Assembly: GCA_013239625.1 (NCBI GenBank)
Contig: MU057344.1
Location: forward strand, 932,276-996,275
DNA from: Lama guanicoe
Lineage: Eukaryota
Length of the DNA stretch: 64,000 bases
Direction: 5' to 3'
In this document: piece by piece, positions 1-11,520 of the stretch
How the letters are laid out: the number at the start of each line of letters is the position of its first letter
Position numbering within the stretch: position 1 is the first letter of the stretch
Made by a program: the position numbers and the translations under genes
The notes under the pieces: generated by a model
What the model was told of the DNA's origin: nothing
The model's input: only the letters and a program-made list of their open reading frames with translations
Database searches by the model: none

Positions 1-3000
1 TGATGCTTTTGGGTCCGTGTTTCAGAAAAACCACTCAGTGTGCCTTGCGTGCTGAGGGAGGCCGTCGTCCTGCACACGCGCGCATCCCCGAGTGCTGGTG
101 TCGGCTCTTGGCACGTGTTCCCACATGTCCTCGTGTCCCCAGGTTGCAGGGTGGCCCTGTGCCCTCGCTGCTGCAGCATCTGTCGGCCTGGTGCCCCTTC
201 ATGGTTCAGGACTTCTTACTCTGAGAAGTCTTCAGACCTGCAGGGGAGTTTGGAGAGCAGGGCTCACCAGGCTCGCTGCTGCTGCTTCCTGCCACACTGG
301 CATGTGTCCACCCCTGTGGCCCTTGGTGTGTGGCTGTGGTCCAGCGGCTGCCCAGGGCCCAGTCCTCCTCCCGTCGCCCTTCTGTCCTCCTTCAGTGGTT
401 TGCTTCCTCCCAGGACCTGCCTGTGGTCAGGCTGTCTGTTCCTGGGCCCCGGTCCTCTGGGATCCTGCCTGGCTCTGGTCCGCGTGACCATATTTGTTTG
501 GAGGGCGGGGCTGTCCCGTGGACTCCCCCTCCAGCCTGTGCCTGGCGTGTCTTCTGGTGGGACAGAGGTGGCATTTGGGACTGGAGCCCTGTGCAGGCAG
601 CTTGGATGGTCACCTCTCCTGGGGACAGCATCCTGAATCATGCTCGTGGGTGGGGTCCGCCTTGCCCTCCATGGTTAAAAAGTAATCTGTGGGGAGACTT
701 TAGGCCCCGTCAGCATCCCGGCCCCGTGAACGTCCTCCCGGTGGGTTCATCCTCCCTCTGGGCTTGGTCAGTCTGCCCACCTCTCTCGCCTCCGGGAGTG
801 CTGCCCCCCTCATCCTGCTGGGCAGTGTCACCAAACTCAGCTCAGCCCCTTGCAGTGTTGCGGTTGTTCTGATCGCTATCTTGATGCCGCAGTTGTCCCT
901 GTTTTGGCCGCGCACTGGGACCCGGTTCCTCCGGGTGTCTTTTCTGTGAGCCCCTCGCCGCCCCCACACCCCGTGGCACGCACGGCCCGTCCACTCCTGA
1001 CCGCTCGCTGTCGGGGAGCTGCTTACCGGGTGCTCGGGGCTAACTGAGCGCAGCCCCTTGCGGTGGACGTGTCCGCCCCCGAGCCGGAGCCCCTGGGGGG
1101 CGGGAGCCGATCTCAGCACGGGGTTGGGTCATGACGGGGCCACCCTTGGTGGCTGCTGAAGACAGTGTCTCTCCGCACGTGCTTGTCACTTGGCTTTGAG
1201 GTGGGATGGAGAGGATTGAAAACTGTCCTTTTTTTTGTTTCATTTCAAAAATAAACCTTTATTCTACCTCAGATTTCTGACAACCCTGTGAGGTATAAAA
1301 GGGTGATTCGTCTTTAGCTGCTCTAGAGAAAGGTGAGTGTTTTGAGAGCAGTAGGTGCTGTTGTAGGGTGAACGCCCCTGGGCCTGGCAAGGTGGTCCCG
1401 GGGCGGCCAGGGAGGCTGCCCCCACTCCAGGCCTCCCGGGCCGTCTGGGCTCCTGGCCCCACCCAGCGGGATGCAGGGTCCCTGAGGGTTCCCTGCTTTG
1501 CACCTGCTTAGGGCTGTTACCTGCTTGAGCTGCTGACCACAGAGTGATGCCAGAACTTTCATCAGAGGCCAGGCAGCCCTGCGATTTGTACCCGAAGAGA
1601 AGACGGAGTGTGAAGACATGCACAGCCCCGTGAGTCCCCACCTGTCTGTACGGTCCCTGGGCGGGTTCCGTGGTCAAGGCCAGGGTCTGGCAGTGTCTCC
1701 AGAAGAGCCTCCCAGTGAGTCCAGCTTGTCAGTAGGAGGCTGTGAATGTGGAGCCTCAGGAAGAAAACAAGGGTTGCCTAATCGAGCATTTCACGGCCCG
1801 GTTTGGCCCCAGCTGCTCCAGCTGCTCCGTGGGGTGCCAGGCACGTAATGCCCAGCCTCCCCTGTCCGAGCCTGCAGCGTGGGGGCGCGGGCCGGGAGCC
1901 CCCGGGCCCGGGAGCCACATCCTCCCTGGGTACGGCTCCCAATCAGTGTCCGTCCTCCTGTCTGTCACGTGCCCTTGAGTGGTGTGTCCCGGGGGCCAGC
2001 CTTCCACGAGGGGGAAGGATGTGAGCACAGGTCTGTCCTCGGACAGGCACTTGGAGGGAACGGTGTGCGAACTGAGGTTCTCTCAATTTCTCCTGCACAC
2101 ACGCCTCGTCCCCAAGGCTGCAGCCTCTACCAGGGGCTTTGCCTTTGTTCCCGGGGCCGTGTTCGCAATGCGTGTGCATTTGCTAATAAACTAGCCACGT
2201 GCTCCACAGCCCAGTTGTCCGAGGAGGAGGAGGCGGTGGCGGCGGCACTGGGGTGCTTTCAGGTGGGTGCTGTGTGCGCTCCGGCCCGCCCACCCGCCGA
2301 AGCCCACCCAGGGGTGTTGCAGGTGAGTGGGCAGAACAAGCTGTGGCCATGTGCTGCCCCTTCCCTGCCCACCTGGTGTCAGGGTCTGTGTGGTGTGTGT
2401 AGAGCCCAGAGATCATCACTTGGATGCTGTGGGATGTGGCCCAGGGAGCGCTGCCCCTGTGGGACGAGCCTCATGGTGGCCAGGCGGTAGTGCCGGGGGA
2501 GGGGGCAGACACCTGCCGGCAGAGGCCTGGGCCAGGCTTGGTGTTGGTGGTCCATGGGCACCACTGATGGAGTGCCCAGCGCTGTAGAGGAAGGGGCTTG
2601 GTTCTCCACGCTGCACCCCTGCCGTGTTGATTACTCCAAGGGCCTCCTCTGACCGAGGGGCCATCTCAGGCCCATGCATCCCCACTGCTCTGCCATCTTA
2701 GTGGTGTGCCCTTGCCCCGGCCACGGAGGGGGACTGCGCTCACTGGTGCTGTCCTTTGCTGCCTGCCCTGCAGTCGGAGGAGGGCCAGAGGGGCCAAGAG
2801 CAAAGACAGCCTGACCGTCTCTGGGCCGTGGGGGACCTGGACTGTGGCCGCGGGGGCAGCCTTCGGGGCTGCAGTCCTGTAGTGTTGAGCACCTCTGTGG
2901 GGCTGAGCCGTGGTGAGCGTGCTGTGTGCTCTCTGTCCCAGATTCTCACCAGTAAGTGGCTCTTGGTGGGCTCGGGGGTGGCTGTTTCTCCCAGGCTTCC

Positions 3001-5532
3001 TGACGCACGTGGGAGCTGCCTGTTTGTCTCCAGATGTTGATTCTGGATAGTCTGGAAGTTCCGCCATGTACATTGGGCCATAGTTTAGCTGGATGCACCT
3101 GCCTGGAGTGCTGGCTGGGCGGGCCTGTGTCCCCCTCTGCAGCGCACTGGCCCTGTCTCCTCCCTTAGATGAGACACCGTCGGGCTACGAGCCCAGAGAG
3201 GAGTTATCACCCGCTGTGGTGCTGATGGAGGCACTGGCCCCACCCTCCTGGAGCGCACCGCCCCCCAGGTCCGTCTCGTCACCTCCCTGTCCCTGGAGTA
3301 GCCCTCCATGAAGCGGCCTCGTCCCAGGAGCTGCTGGGCTGAACACTCGGGGCCCTGTGAGGTGTTTGGCTGCTTTCCATTTTGATTTACTTGCTGCTCC
3401 GCCTGGACACATCGAAATGTGCCCCCTGGCTGCCAGACTGTCCTCCGTGCACTCCCGGTTGCCACCGCTGCCTCGGGATGGGCGATGCAGACCCGGGGAC
3501 ATTCTGGGCGGGCACAGGTGGCTTTCAGCCCCACGCTGCCCAGCCAGGCCTGCTGTGTCATGAGACAGCAGTTGTGGGCCTGCGCCCCGGGCACGCTGAT
3601 GCCACCCTCCATCTGTTGGGGCTGGAGGCTTTGACGTCTGTTCTCACCCTGGCGCAGTGTCCTCTTTGCATTTTGCCCTTGCCTGAGGTCTGTGGCTAAA
3701 GGGCGGCTGGCATCCCGGCCTGTCTTCCCGCTCGGCTTTGGGCGGGGTTTCCTGTTGGTTGCCTGTCTTCCTCTTGACCCCGTGTTTCCCGTTACCTGTG
3801 CCTGCCGCCCCTCCAGGCCTGCTCACCGCCTTGCATCTCAGGTTTGGGTAAATCACCCTTTGTGCTGATTATGACGACCCTCCTGTTGGGCGTGTTCACC
3901 CTGAGCCGGCGTACGTGTCCCGATCTTGCTTCCTGTCCATCCTGGGTCCTGGGTCAGTCGTGGTTTTCTGCCCCGCTGCGTGTTGCTGTCCCCTCCGGGG
4001 GGTCCCTGTGTGCTGGCCTTGGCACTTGATCTGCCTTGCCTTCTGAGCCCAGCGTCTGGAAGGTGGCCACAGCAGGCCTGGTGCGTCCTGTCTGCCCCGT
4101 GCTGGGCACCTGTGTGCCCTGGTTCCCAGAGGCCCTGCTCTAGGTGTGGACGCTTGGCGGTGCTTCCTGGCCACCAGTTCATCGCTGTCTTGGCCTCTGG
4201 CTGGATGTTGGCCTTTGACAGCCGTGTTCTGCTCTCTCACCATCTCTTGGTGTCACTTTCTGAAGATGTCCTTCACTTTATCATCTGACATTTGCTCTTT
4301 AACCTGTCGACTTTGGCTTTTTGTGATTTCATTTTTAATTTCGAAGACATCTTGTGTTTTTCTTTTTTTGCAGAACGGCATTTAAGGTCAGTCAACAGCT
4401 CAGCTCCACAACCAGTTGTTTTTTCTTTTGCAGACATTCAGACCTGTTCTTGTCTCGTGGATGTGGTGTCTTGTCTCCCATCCCCAGGGATACTGACAGT
4501 GGTTTCCTTGGAAATCCTGTCTCTTTCTGGACCTGGGCTTCGCCAGGCTGGCTCTCCCCACGGTGATGATTCCTGACGCGCTGGGTGGTGGTGGTGCAGC
4601 AGGCTCCCGGGGTCCACTGCGTGGCTCCTCTCCGGGGCTCACAGGCTGTGCTCCCAGGAGGCTTCCTCTCTGCCCCCGGGGCGGCTGGCATCTCCCGGGG
4701 CTGTCTCTGTGGTGGCTGCCCAGCCTCCTCCCCGCCCCTCACCCTCCCTGGTTGCCCAGGGTTAGCATGGTTCTTCTTTCATGGAGAGCAGGGCTCTGGC
4801 AGGGTTTTGAGGAGATGGGGTTGAAGCGTTTTTGTTCCTCCATCTTGAAACAGGCTCTCTTTCTTCGTCATGCATTTTAACTATTATCTCTTTTTGATGT
4901 GTTTCTCTGGATTTGCAAAAGGTTTTGACATTTCAGGCACTCAGGAAGGAAGGGCATAAAGAGTGCTTCAAAAGGAAAATGTGGTATTGCCAGTTATTTG
5001 TGACTCTAACCAGAAGTCACCCTCAGATAACCAGGGTTTATTTTCTCCAAGTGTCTTGTTTCATGCCGGGCGTGCGTGCGTGTCCACACAGGACTCGGTA
5101 TCCTCGAAGGCCTTGCACGCAGTGCCTGTGGCTGAGTACGGGCCTGAGTGATGTGGGGGGATGGCTCAGGCCCCTTAGTCTAGGATTCAGTCATCCCCGA
5201 AGTGACTGAGTTTCAGATTCTGTTGAGAGGAGTGCAGAGTCAAGAAAGAAGGTGAACCAAGATGACTGTGTAATGGTTTTTTTTAATGAGTTGAAAACTC
5301 TTTGTCGAGAGCGAGAAGAGCCAGCAAGAGCTATTAGTGACAGGTTTTTCGGGAGTCTCGTTTCCTTTCTCTCTGTTTTGAAAGCTTCCCCGTGAGCGCA
5401 CGGAGGCGGCGGGCTTGCTTCATGCTTCATCAAAGGGCCGGCGCCTCCTGGGGGCGTGGGCTACAGCTTCCTGCTGCGGGCTGGCTGCCCGCCTGCTTGC
5501 GCCTGGTTCTGGACCAGGCCACCTTTCTTGCT

Positions 5533-5698
5533 GGCGTTCTCGGCTCTGAAACTGGAGGCTGAGGATTCTTAAATGCCCGGCTTGTGGGTCCCACCCCCGG
5601 AGTTTCAGATTCCGGGGTCTGAGGTGGGTCCTGGGAATTTGCATTCTAGGAAGTTCCCGAGTGATGCGCACCGCCCCCCAACCCTGCAGAGCCACTGG
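5533..5698. mobile_element. MER5A-like hAT-Charlie DNA transposon remnant
   Basis: gggtcccacccccggagtttcagattcc...gtctgaggtgggtcctgggaatttgcattctaggaagttcccgagtgatgc...agagccactg follows the recalled MER5A consensus. Confidence 0.75.
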
Positions 5699-6199
5699 GC
5701 TGCAGCCCCGCCCCCGCCCTCGGGGACTCTATCTTTGGGGGTGGCTGGCGGCCACTCTCCTCTGCGTTCACTGGGCCTGTGGTGGTGAGGACTGTCCGCA
5801 AGGCCGCAGGAGCAGTTGGGCCTTTAAGGGGAGGCTTGCAGGCTCCTGCCCTGGGGAAGGAAGTGGCTTCCAGGCGCCACGGCGGTGTTCCGGGACACCT
5901 TTTTGGGATGGAAGAGGGCTGCAGTGGCTGTCGCCCCGTGGGGACTGTTTAAAGCCGGAGGACAAGCAGGTCCTGGGCCGTGAAGGCTGCGGTTGGGGTC
6001 ATTGCCGTATAGTCGTTTTAAAGGCAGCCTTTTAAGGGCATGAGGAACGCAACAGCTGCGCACGCTTAGAGCCGCGTGAGGATGTGGCCGAACTCGTGGC
6101 TGCAGTCGAGACGGGGAGCCTGCCCCTCCGCCACAAAGGGTCCCGGTGCCCGCAGCGGCCCCTCCCTGCTGCCCCCTGCACGCCGACCCCGAGGCCGCC

Positions 6200-9100
6200 A
6201 GCCAGCCCCTCTCAGTGTGGGTGGGGTTGCCTTGTCGAGAGCTTTCTGTACATGAAGTTTTGGGGTCTTTGGTCTGGCTTCTTCCGCTCGGCGTACTCAT
6301 TGTGAGACTCTTCTGTGTTGCTGTGTCGGTAGCTGGGGCTTTTGCTTCCACTCTGGGTTGCGGCCTGTCGTGTGGATTTGCCCCAGTGTTGATCACACAC
6401 CTGTTGAGACGGCCTGGGCCACTTCCAGGTCTTGGCTGTCAGCCACAAAGCTGCGGCGAGCACTCGCTGGCAGGTTTTGCAGGGACACGGTTTCACCCCT
6501 GTGCGTAGGTGCCTGGGTGTGGACCGGCTGCGTCGTGTTTCCCCGCGTGTGTCTGGCTGCTCAGAACATCACACTGTCCCAGGTGCCCGCACGGCGCCCT
6601 CAGCAGCGTGCAGTGTGGTCGTTCCCTGGAGTCTCAGCCGTCCTGACCGATGCGGGGCGGCGGCGCGGCCCTCACCAGCGCCTCCTGCATACGGGGGCTG
6701 CTGGGCATCTTTCCCTGTGCTTACTCGCCGTCTGTGTCTCCCGTGGAGAAGTGTGCTCGGATGTCCGCCTGTTGTTTAAGTGGAGTCGTCTTGTTGGTGC
6801 GTTGAGGGTTCTGTATGTCTCTGGATGTGCGTTCCTTTTCACAGTTAGACTCTGCAGAAGCTTCTCTGAGTCTGTCACTTTCCTGTCTTCACTGTGCCAT
6901 TTGAAGAGCTTCCGGCGTTGTAGCTGAGAAACCTTCCCTAACCCAGGGCCACAGAGGTTCTCTCTTCTGTTTTCCTCTAGCAGTTTTATAGCTTTAAAGT
7001 TTCCTTTTGGGTCCATGATCTTTCTTTTGGGGTATGATGCAGGGTCTGCATCCGGGTTCGTGGTTTCGCACCGGGACGTCCAGTTCCAGTTCCGCTTGTT
7101 GTAAAGACTGTGCGTTCTTCACTGCATTACCTTCGCATTCTTGTCAAAAACCAGTTGTCTGTGCTCTGTCGTGTTCAGTTGGTCTAATCATCTGTGTCAG
7201 TGCTGTGCTGGTTTTGATTGTTAGCTTTGTGGTTCCTGAAACCAGGTGGTACCAACTCTCCAGCTCTGTTCCTTTTTGGAGCTGGTACAGCTGCTCTAGG
7301 TCATCTGCATTTCCATAGGAATTTTAGAATCAATGTCAATTTCTGTGAAAAAAATCTTGTTGCAGTTTTGGTTGGGATCGAGTTGGATTGACAGATCAAT
7401 TTGGGAAGAACACACATTTAAGTGCTGGGTCCCCCCCACGGCTAAGGTGTGCTGCTCTGTTTACCCACGTTGTTTCTAATTCTTCTCAGCCGTGCTTCGT
7501 AGTTCCGTAGTCTTCAGCCTGTGAGGCTGTTTGTCAGGTTGATTCGTTAATCTCCAAGCTTTCCTCTCCATTTTCTTTCTGGTGTTACTGTAAGTAGCGT
7601 TGTTTCTTGAGTTTCAGTTGCGGACTGTAAGTCGCTGGCAGAATTGGCTTTTGTAGGTGGACATGGCACCTGCAGCCCTGCAGCCCACTCTGGTCTCTTT
7701 TCTGTAGGTTCCATCAGTGTAAAGTCGGGGAAGTAGGGCCATGTCACTCCTTCTGTGCTGACCTGGACGCCTTTTCTGCGCCTTGCCTGGGGGCTGGCTG
7801 GAACTTCAGCGTCGTGCGGGCTGTGGCCTCAGTCCCGACCTCGGGGCGAGCACGCGCTTCCTCGCCGTCAGGTGCCTTGTTTGGGGTTTCATAGGTGCTC
7901 TTTCTTAGACTGAAGAAGACTCTCCCGTTCTGTCCGAGTTTGGTTTGATCAGGAATGGGTGCTGGATTTTGTCAAATGCTGCTTCTACGTTTATTGAGAT
8001 TATTAATTTGGTGAGTATCCTTTTTAGTTTACTACTGTGGTGAGTTACGTTGCCTGATACTGAACGTAAACCTCCCCTGGTCACAGTGTCTCATCCTTTT
8101 AGAATGTTGTTGAGTTTGGATAAAATTTTTTGTATTTAACATTCATGCAGGATATTGGTCTGCAGTTTTTTGGTCTTGTTTTGGTTTTTTTGGTTTGTGT
8201 AATATCTTCGTCTAGTTTTGGTATCAGAGTGTTGTTGGAGTTATAGAATTATTTGGGAAATATTTCCTCCTTAAAAATGGAAAGAATTACGATTCCTTTA
8301 AAAAACATTTGGTACCACTTACCATGGAGGCCTGTCTGGGTCTGGAGGTGTTTTTGGGTAAAGGTTTTAACTACCCAAGGGCTTTTCAGGTCATCGGTTC
8401 TCGGCTGAGGTGGCTCTCTGCAAGCAGTCTCCCACCACGCCTGCGCCGTCCAGCCCACTGTCAGCGGCTGTGCACAGCGCCCTCTTACTTCCCCTTAGTA
8501 GCTGTGCAGCCAGTGGCAGAGCTGCCTCTCACCTTCCTGACGCCCATCACTTTCCTTTTCTCTTTTCCCGGCCCATCTGGCTGGAGGGTCACCAGTCTTG
8601 TTGATCTCAGAGAACCGGTTTGGGTTTCATTGATCTTCCTCTTATTTCTCTGTACTCTGTTTCATTGATTATGTTTTGGTCTTTGTATTTTCCTTAACAC
8701 TCTGGGCTACGTTTGTCCTTTCCTAGTTGCATAAGTTGGATGCTGAGTCGTTTACTTGAGACCTTTCTTTTTTCCTGGTACAAGCATTGTTTTTCTCCTG
8801 AGTCCCGTTTTGGGGGTCTTGCACATACTGTGATGTGTTGTTTAAATTTTCATTCAGTTCAAAACGCCTTCTCATTACCTGTTGACTTCCTCTTTGATTC
8901 ACGGGTTATTTAGAAGTGTGTTAAGTTTCCAGGTGTTTGGGCGTTTTGCAGAGGTCCCTGTGTGGTGGTTGGATTGCACCTTGGTAGCTTGACCGTGCAG
9001 GAGCTGCGCTGGCCTCCAGCCCAGGGGACAGTCCATCTCAGAACGTCTCTGTGCGCCCGGGAAGAGCCTGCGGGCGGGGGCTCTGGAAGTTGCGGGTCAG

Positions 9101-11330
9101 AGCCGGTGCGCCGGCACTGTTCAGTCGCTGGTGGGAGAGAGTTGAAGCCTTAGGCTGCAGTTGTGGACCTGTCTCTGCAGTCACATCGGTTGCTGCTTCG
9201 TAGGCACTGCAGCTTTGTCATTAGGGGCATCAGTGTTTATGGGTGTTTTTCAGTTACTTGACCCTTTTGTCAGGGGTGAAGTTGGCTTCCTCTCTGGGTG
9301 ATGCTCTTGGTTCTGACATCCACTTTGATGCTCATACGGCTGCTTGCTTGCTTTTTGCTGTTGTGAGTAGGCATCTCTTTTTCCATCCCTTTAACCACCT
9401 TTACATTTAAAGTGGGTTTCTTGTAGGCTGTAAAGGGCTTTCTTATCCAGACTTACCACCTCTGCCTTTGAGTGGGGGGTGTTCACACCGTTAAGACTTA
9501 ATGCAATTACGGTAAGATTACTGATCATCTTGTTTCATCTTGTTTTCTATTTGTTTTATCTATTTGTTTCCTTTTTAAGGGATTTCTGCTGTGTTTTGAA
9601 TGAATAAAATGATGGTTTGTGATTCCATCACATCTCCCTGTTGGCTCATCTGCTGTGGTCGTTTTTGTCACTTTACTGATTTGCAGAGCGTTTTTGTACA
9701 CGCCCTTACCCTCGTCCCCTCTGACCTGTGCCGTCCACCCCCGGCGATGGCACAGCACCCCGCCCAAGTGCAGTGACAGAAGCCCCCGCAGCGCCTCCCC
9801 GCCTTCCCTTCCTGGCTTCTTGCTGCCGGACAGCGCTGTCACACACGTCATAAGCCCTGTGGTTCGTTGTTACCGCTTGTGATTAAACAGCGGCTTCTTA
9901 AAGGTATTTAAACGATGAGGAAGAACTTGATGTGTTTTCCTGGGCAGTAGTCATTCCCAGTGCTGTCCACTCTTCTGTGTGGGTCCAGACGTCCTTCTGG
10001 TTTTGTCCTTCTTCGGTTAGCGTTCCTTGTTAGCGTGGGTCTGCTGGCGATGAGTTTTCTGTGTGTTTGTTTTCCCTTCGTTTTTGAAAGATACTTGCAG
10101 GGCGTATAGAGTTCCAGGTTCCCTTTGTGTCCCTTTGACACTTTGAACCCCTGCTGTCGTCCTCGGCTCCTCTTCTTGTGGTGGCTTTGATACTTGGAAT
10201 GTCTTGATTTTGATGCACTTTGCTGTAGCTCCCTTTCAATTGCATGTGTTTGGGGTTTACTGAGCTTTGGGGTGCATCGTTTTTGTGAGGTTTGGAAACT
10301 TTTTGGCCTCTATTTCTGAAGACTTTTTCTGCTCCCCTCCCTCCTTTGGGAACCCACATGTCAGGCCCCAGCTCAGAGATGCCCTGCTCACCCCTTTGGA
10401 TTCTCTGTGTTGCGCTGGGAACAGTCAGGTACCACGTCTCCGGCTCCCTGCAGGTCCAGTGTCATCTGCTCCCTGGACAGGCTTCACCTGGGGCCTCACA
10501 GATCTTCTCTGTCTCTGTTTAACGTTCTGAACGCGTGGAATGTAGTGTCAGTAGCAGTTTCAGTGTCCTTTGTGAATTCCTCTGTCTCTATCAGTTCTGG
10601 TCAGTTTCAGCGGGTGCGTGAATCTCTGCAGTGTGGTTCCTGTTCTCCTGTGTCCTCGTCTGCAGACGGTGTGAAGTTTCCCTGTTTTGAGGCTGACTGT
10701 CTCTGTGTTCCTGCACATCTTCTCAGAGGCTTTTTCCTGGAGTGTGGTTACTTATGTGGAGACAGTTTGATCCTCACAGGTCTTGCTTTTATGATTTTTT
10801 TTCAGTTGGGTCCAGAGGAATGCTCCTTCTCGGGCTAATTATTCCTTGGGCTATGGCAAAACCTTCCTGAGTAGTGAGCACTCCATGGATTCAGAGGTTT
10901 TCCAGCCTGCCTGTTTGGAACAGGGGCTGCTCCCGGCGCCATGTGAGCCCTGGGCTCTGTTCCCTCTGACCCTCTCGGTGGTGTCCTCACGCATGTGCTG
11001 ACCTGCACTCTGCACGCCATGTCCTCTCTGAGGGGCTCCGTCCTGTGAACTCCGGCTGCATTGTCTCCTCAGCTCGGGTCCCTGGCCCCCCTGCATCCCC
11101 CTGCTCCTGCGCCACTGCCTGGAAACAAGGCTGTGAGCGGGGGCAGCCGGGCTCTCAGCATGCTTGTCTCCGAGTTGTGGGCGTCGCGCCCCTGGCTGCC
11201 TGGGTCTCGTCTGGGCTTCGGCTCCTCCAGACGGGGGCTTGTTGGTTCTCTGGGCTGCAGGTGGGCCCTCTCTCCACAGTGTGGTTCTTGCCCTGTCCAG
11301 AATCGACTTCCAGCTTCTCTAGTTGGGCTC
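6200..11330 (-). mobile_element. Ancient decayed LINE-1 (L1M-type) block, antisense, about 5 kb
   Basis: Minus-strand peptides resemble L1 ORF2: KTCQRVLAAALWLTAKTWKWP and KAIKLLEENRRENL. The T-rich + strand contains typical L1 antisense words (gatcaatttgggaagaac, ttgtcaaatgct, ttttcattcagttcaaaac). Boundaries approximate; may be several fragments. Confidence 0.8.
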
Positions 11331-11376
11331 TCTTTTCATAAATGACATTAGAAAGGTGAGATCAGAAATGAAAATT

Positions 11377-11520
11377 GGGGAGGGTACAGCTCAGTGGTAG
11401 AGCGTGTGTTTAGCACGCGCGAGGTCCTGGGTTCAGTCCCTAGAACTTCTGCTAAAAAGTAAACGTTAAAAAATAGACAAACAGACCTAATCCCCTCTCC
11501 CCGCCAAAAAGCAAAGGAAA
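11377..11520 (+). mobile_element. tRNA-derived SINE, camelid type
   Basis: ggggagggtacAGCTCAGTGGtagagcg...gtcctgGGTTCAGTCCctag carries Pol III A and B boxes, followed by an A-rich stretch, acctaatcccctctcccc and an A-rich tail. Confidence 0.85.

Noticed and set aside
11377-11450. tRNA gene-like A/B boxes (also at 56450-56528)
   Set aside because: Followed by an A-rich SINE body and tail, with no convincing cloverleaf; these are SINEs.
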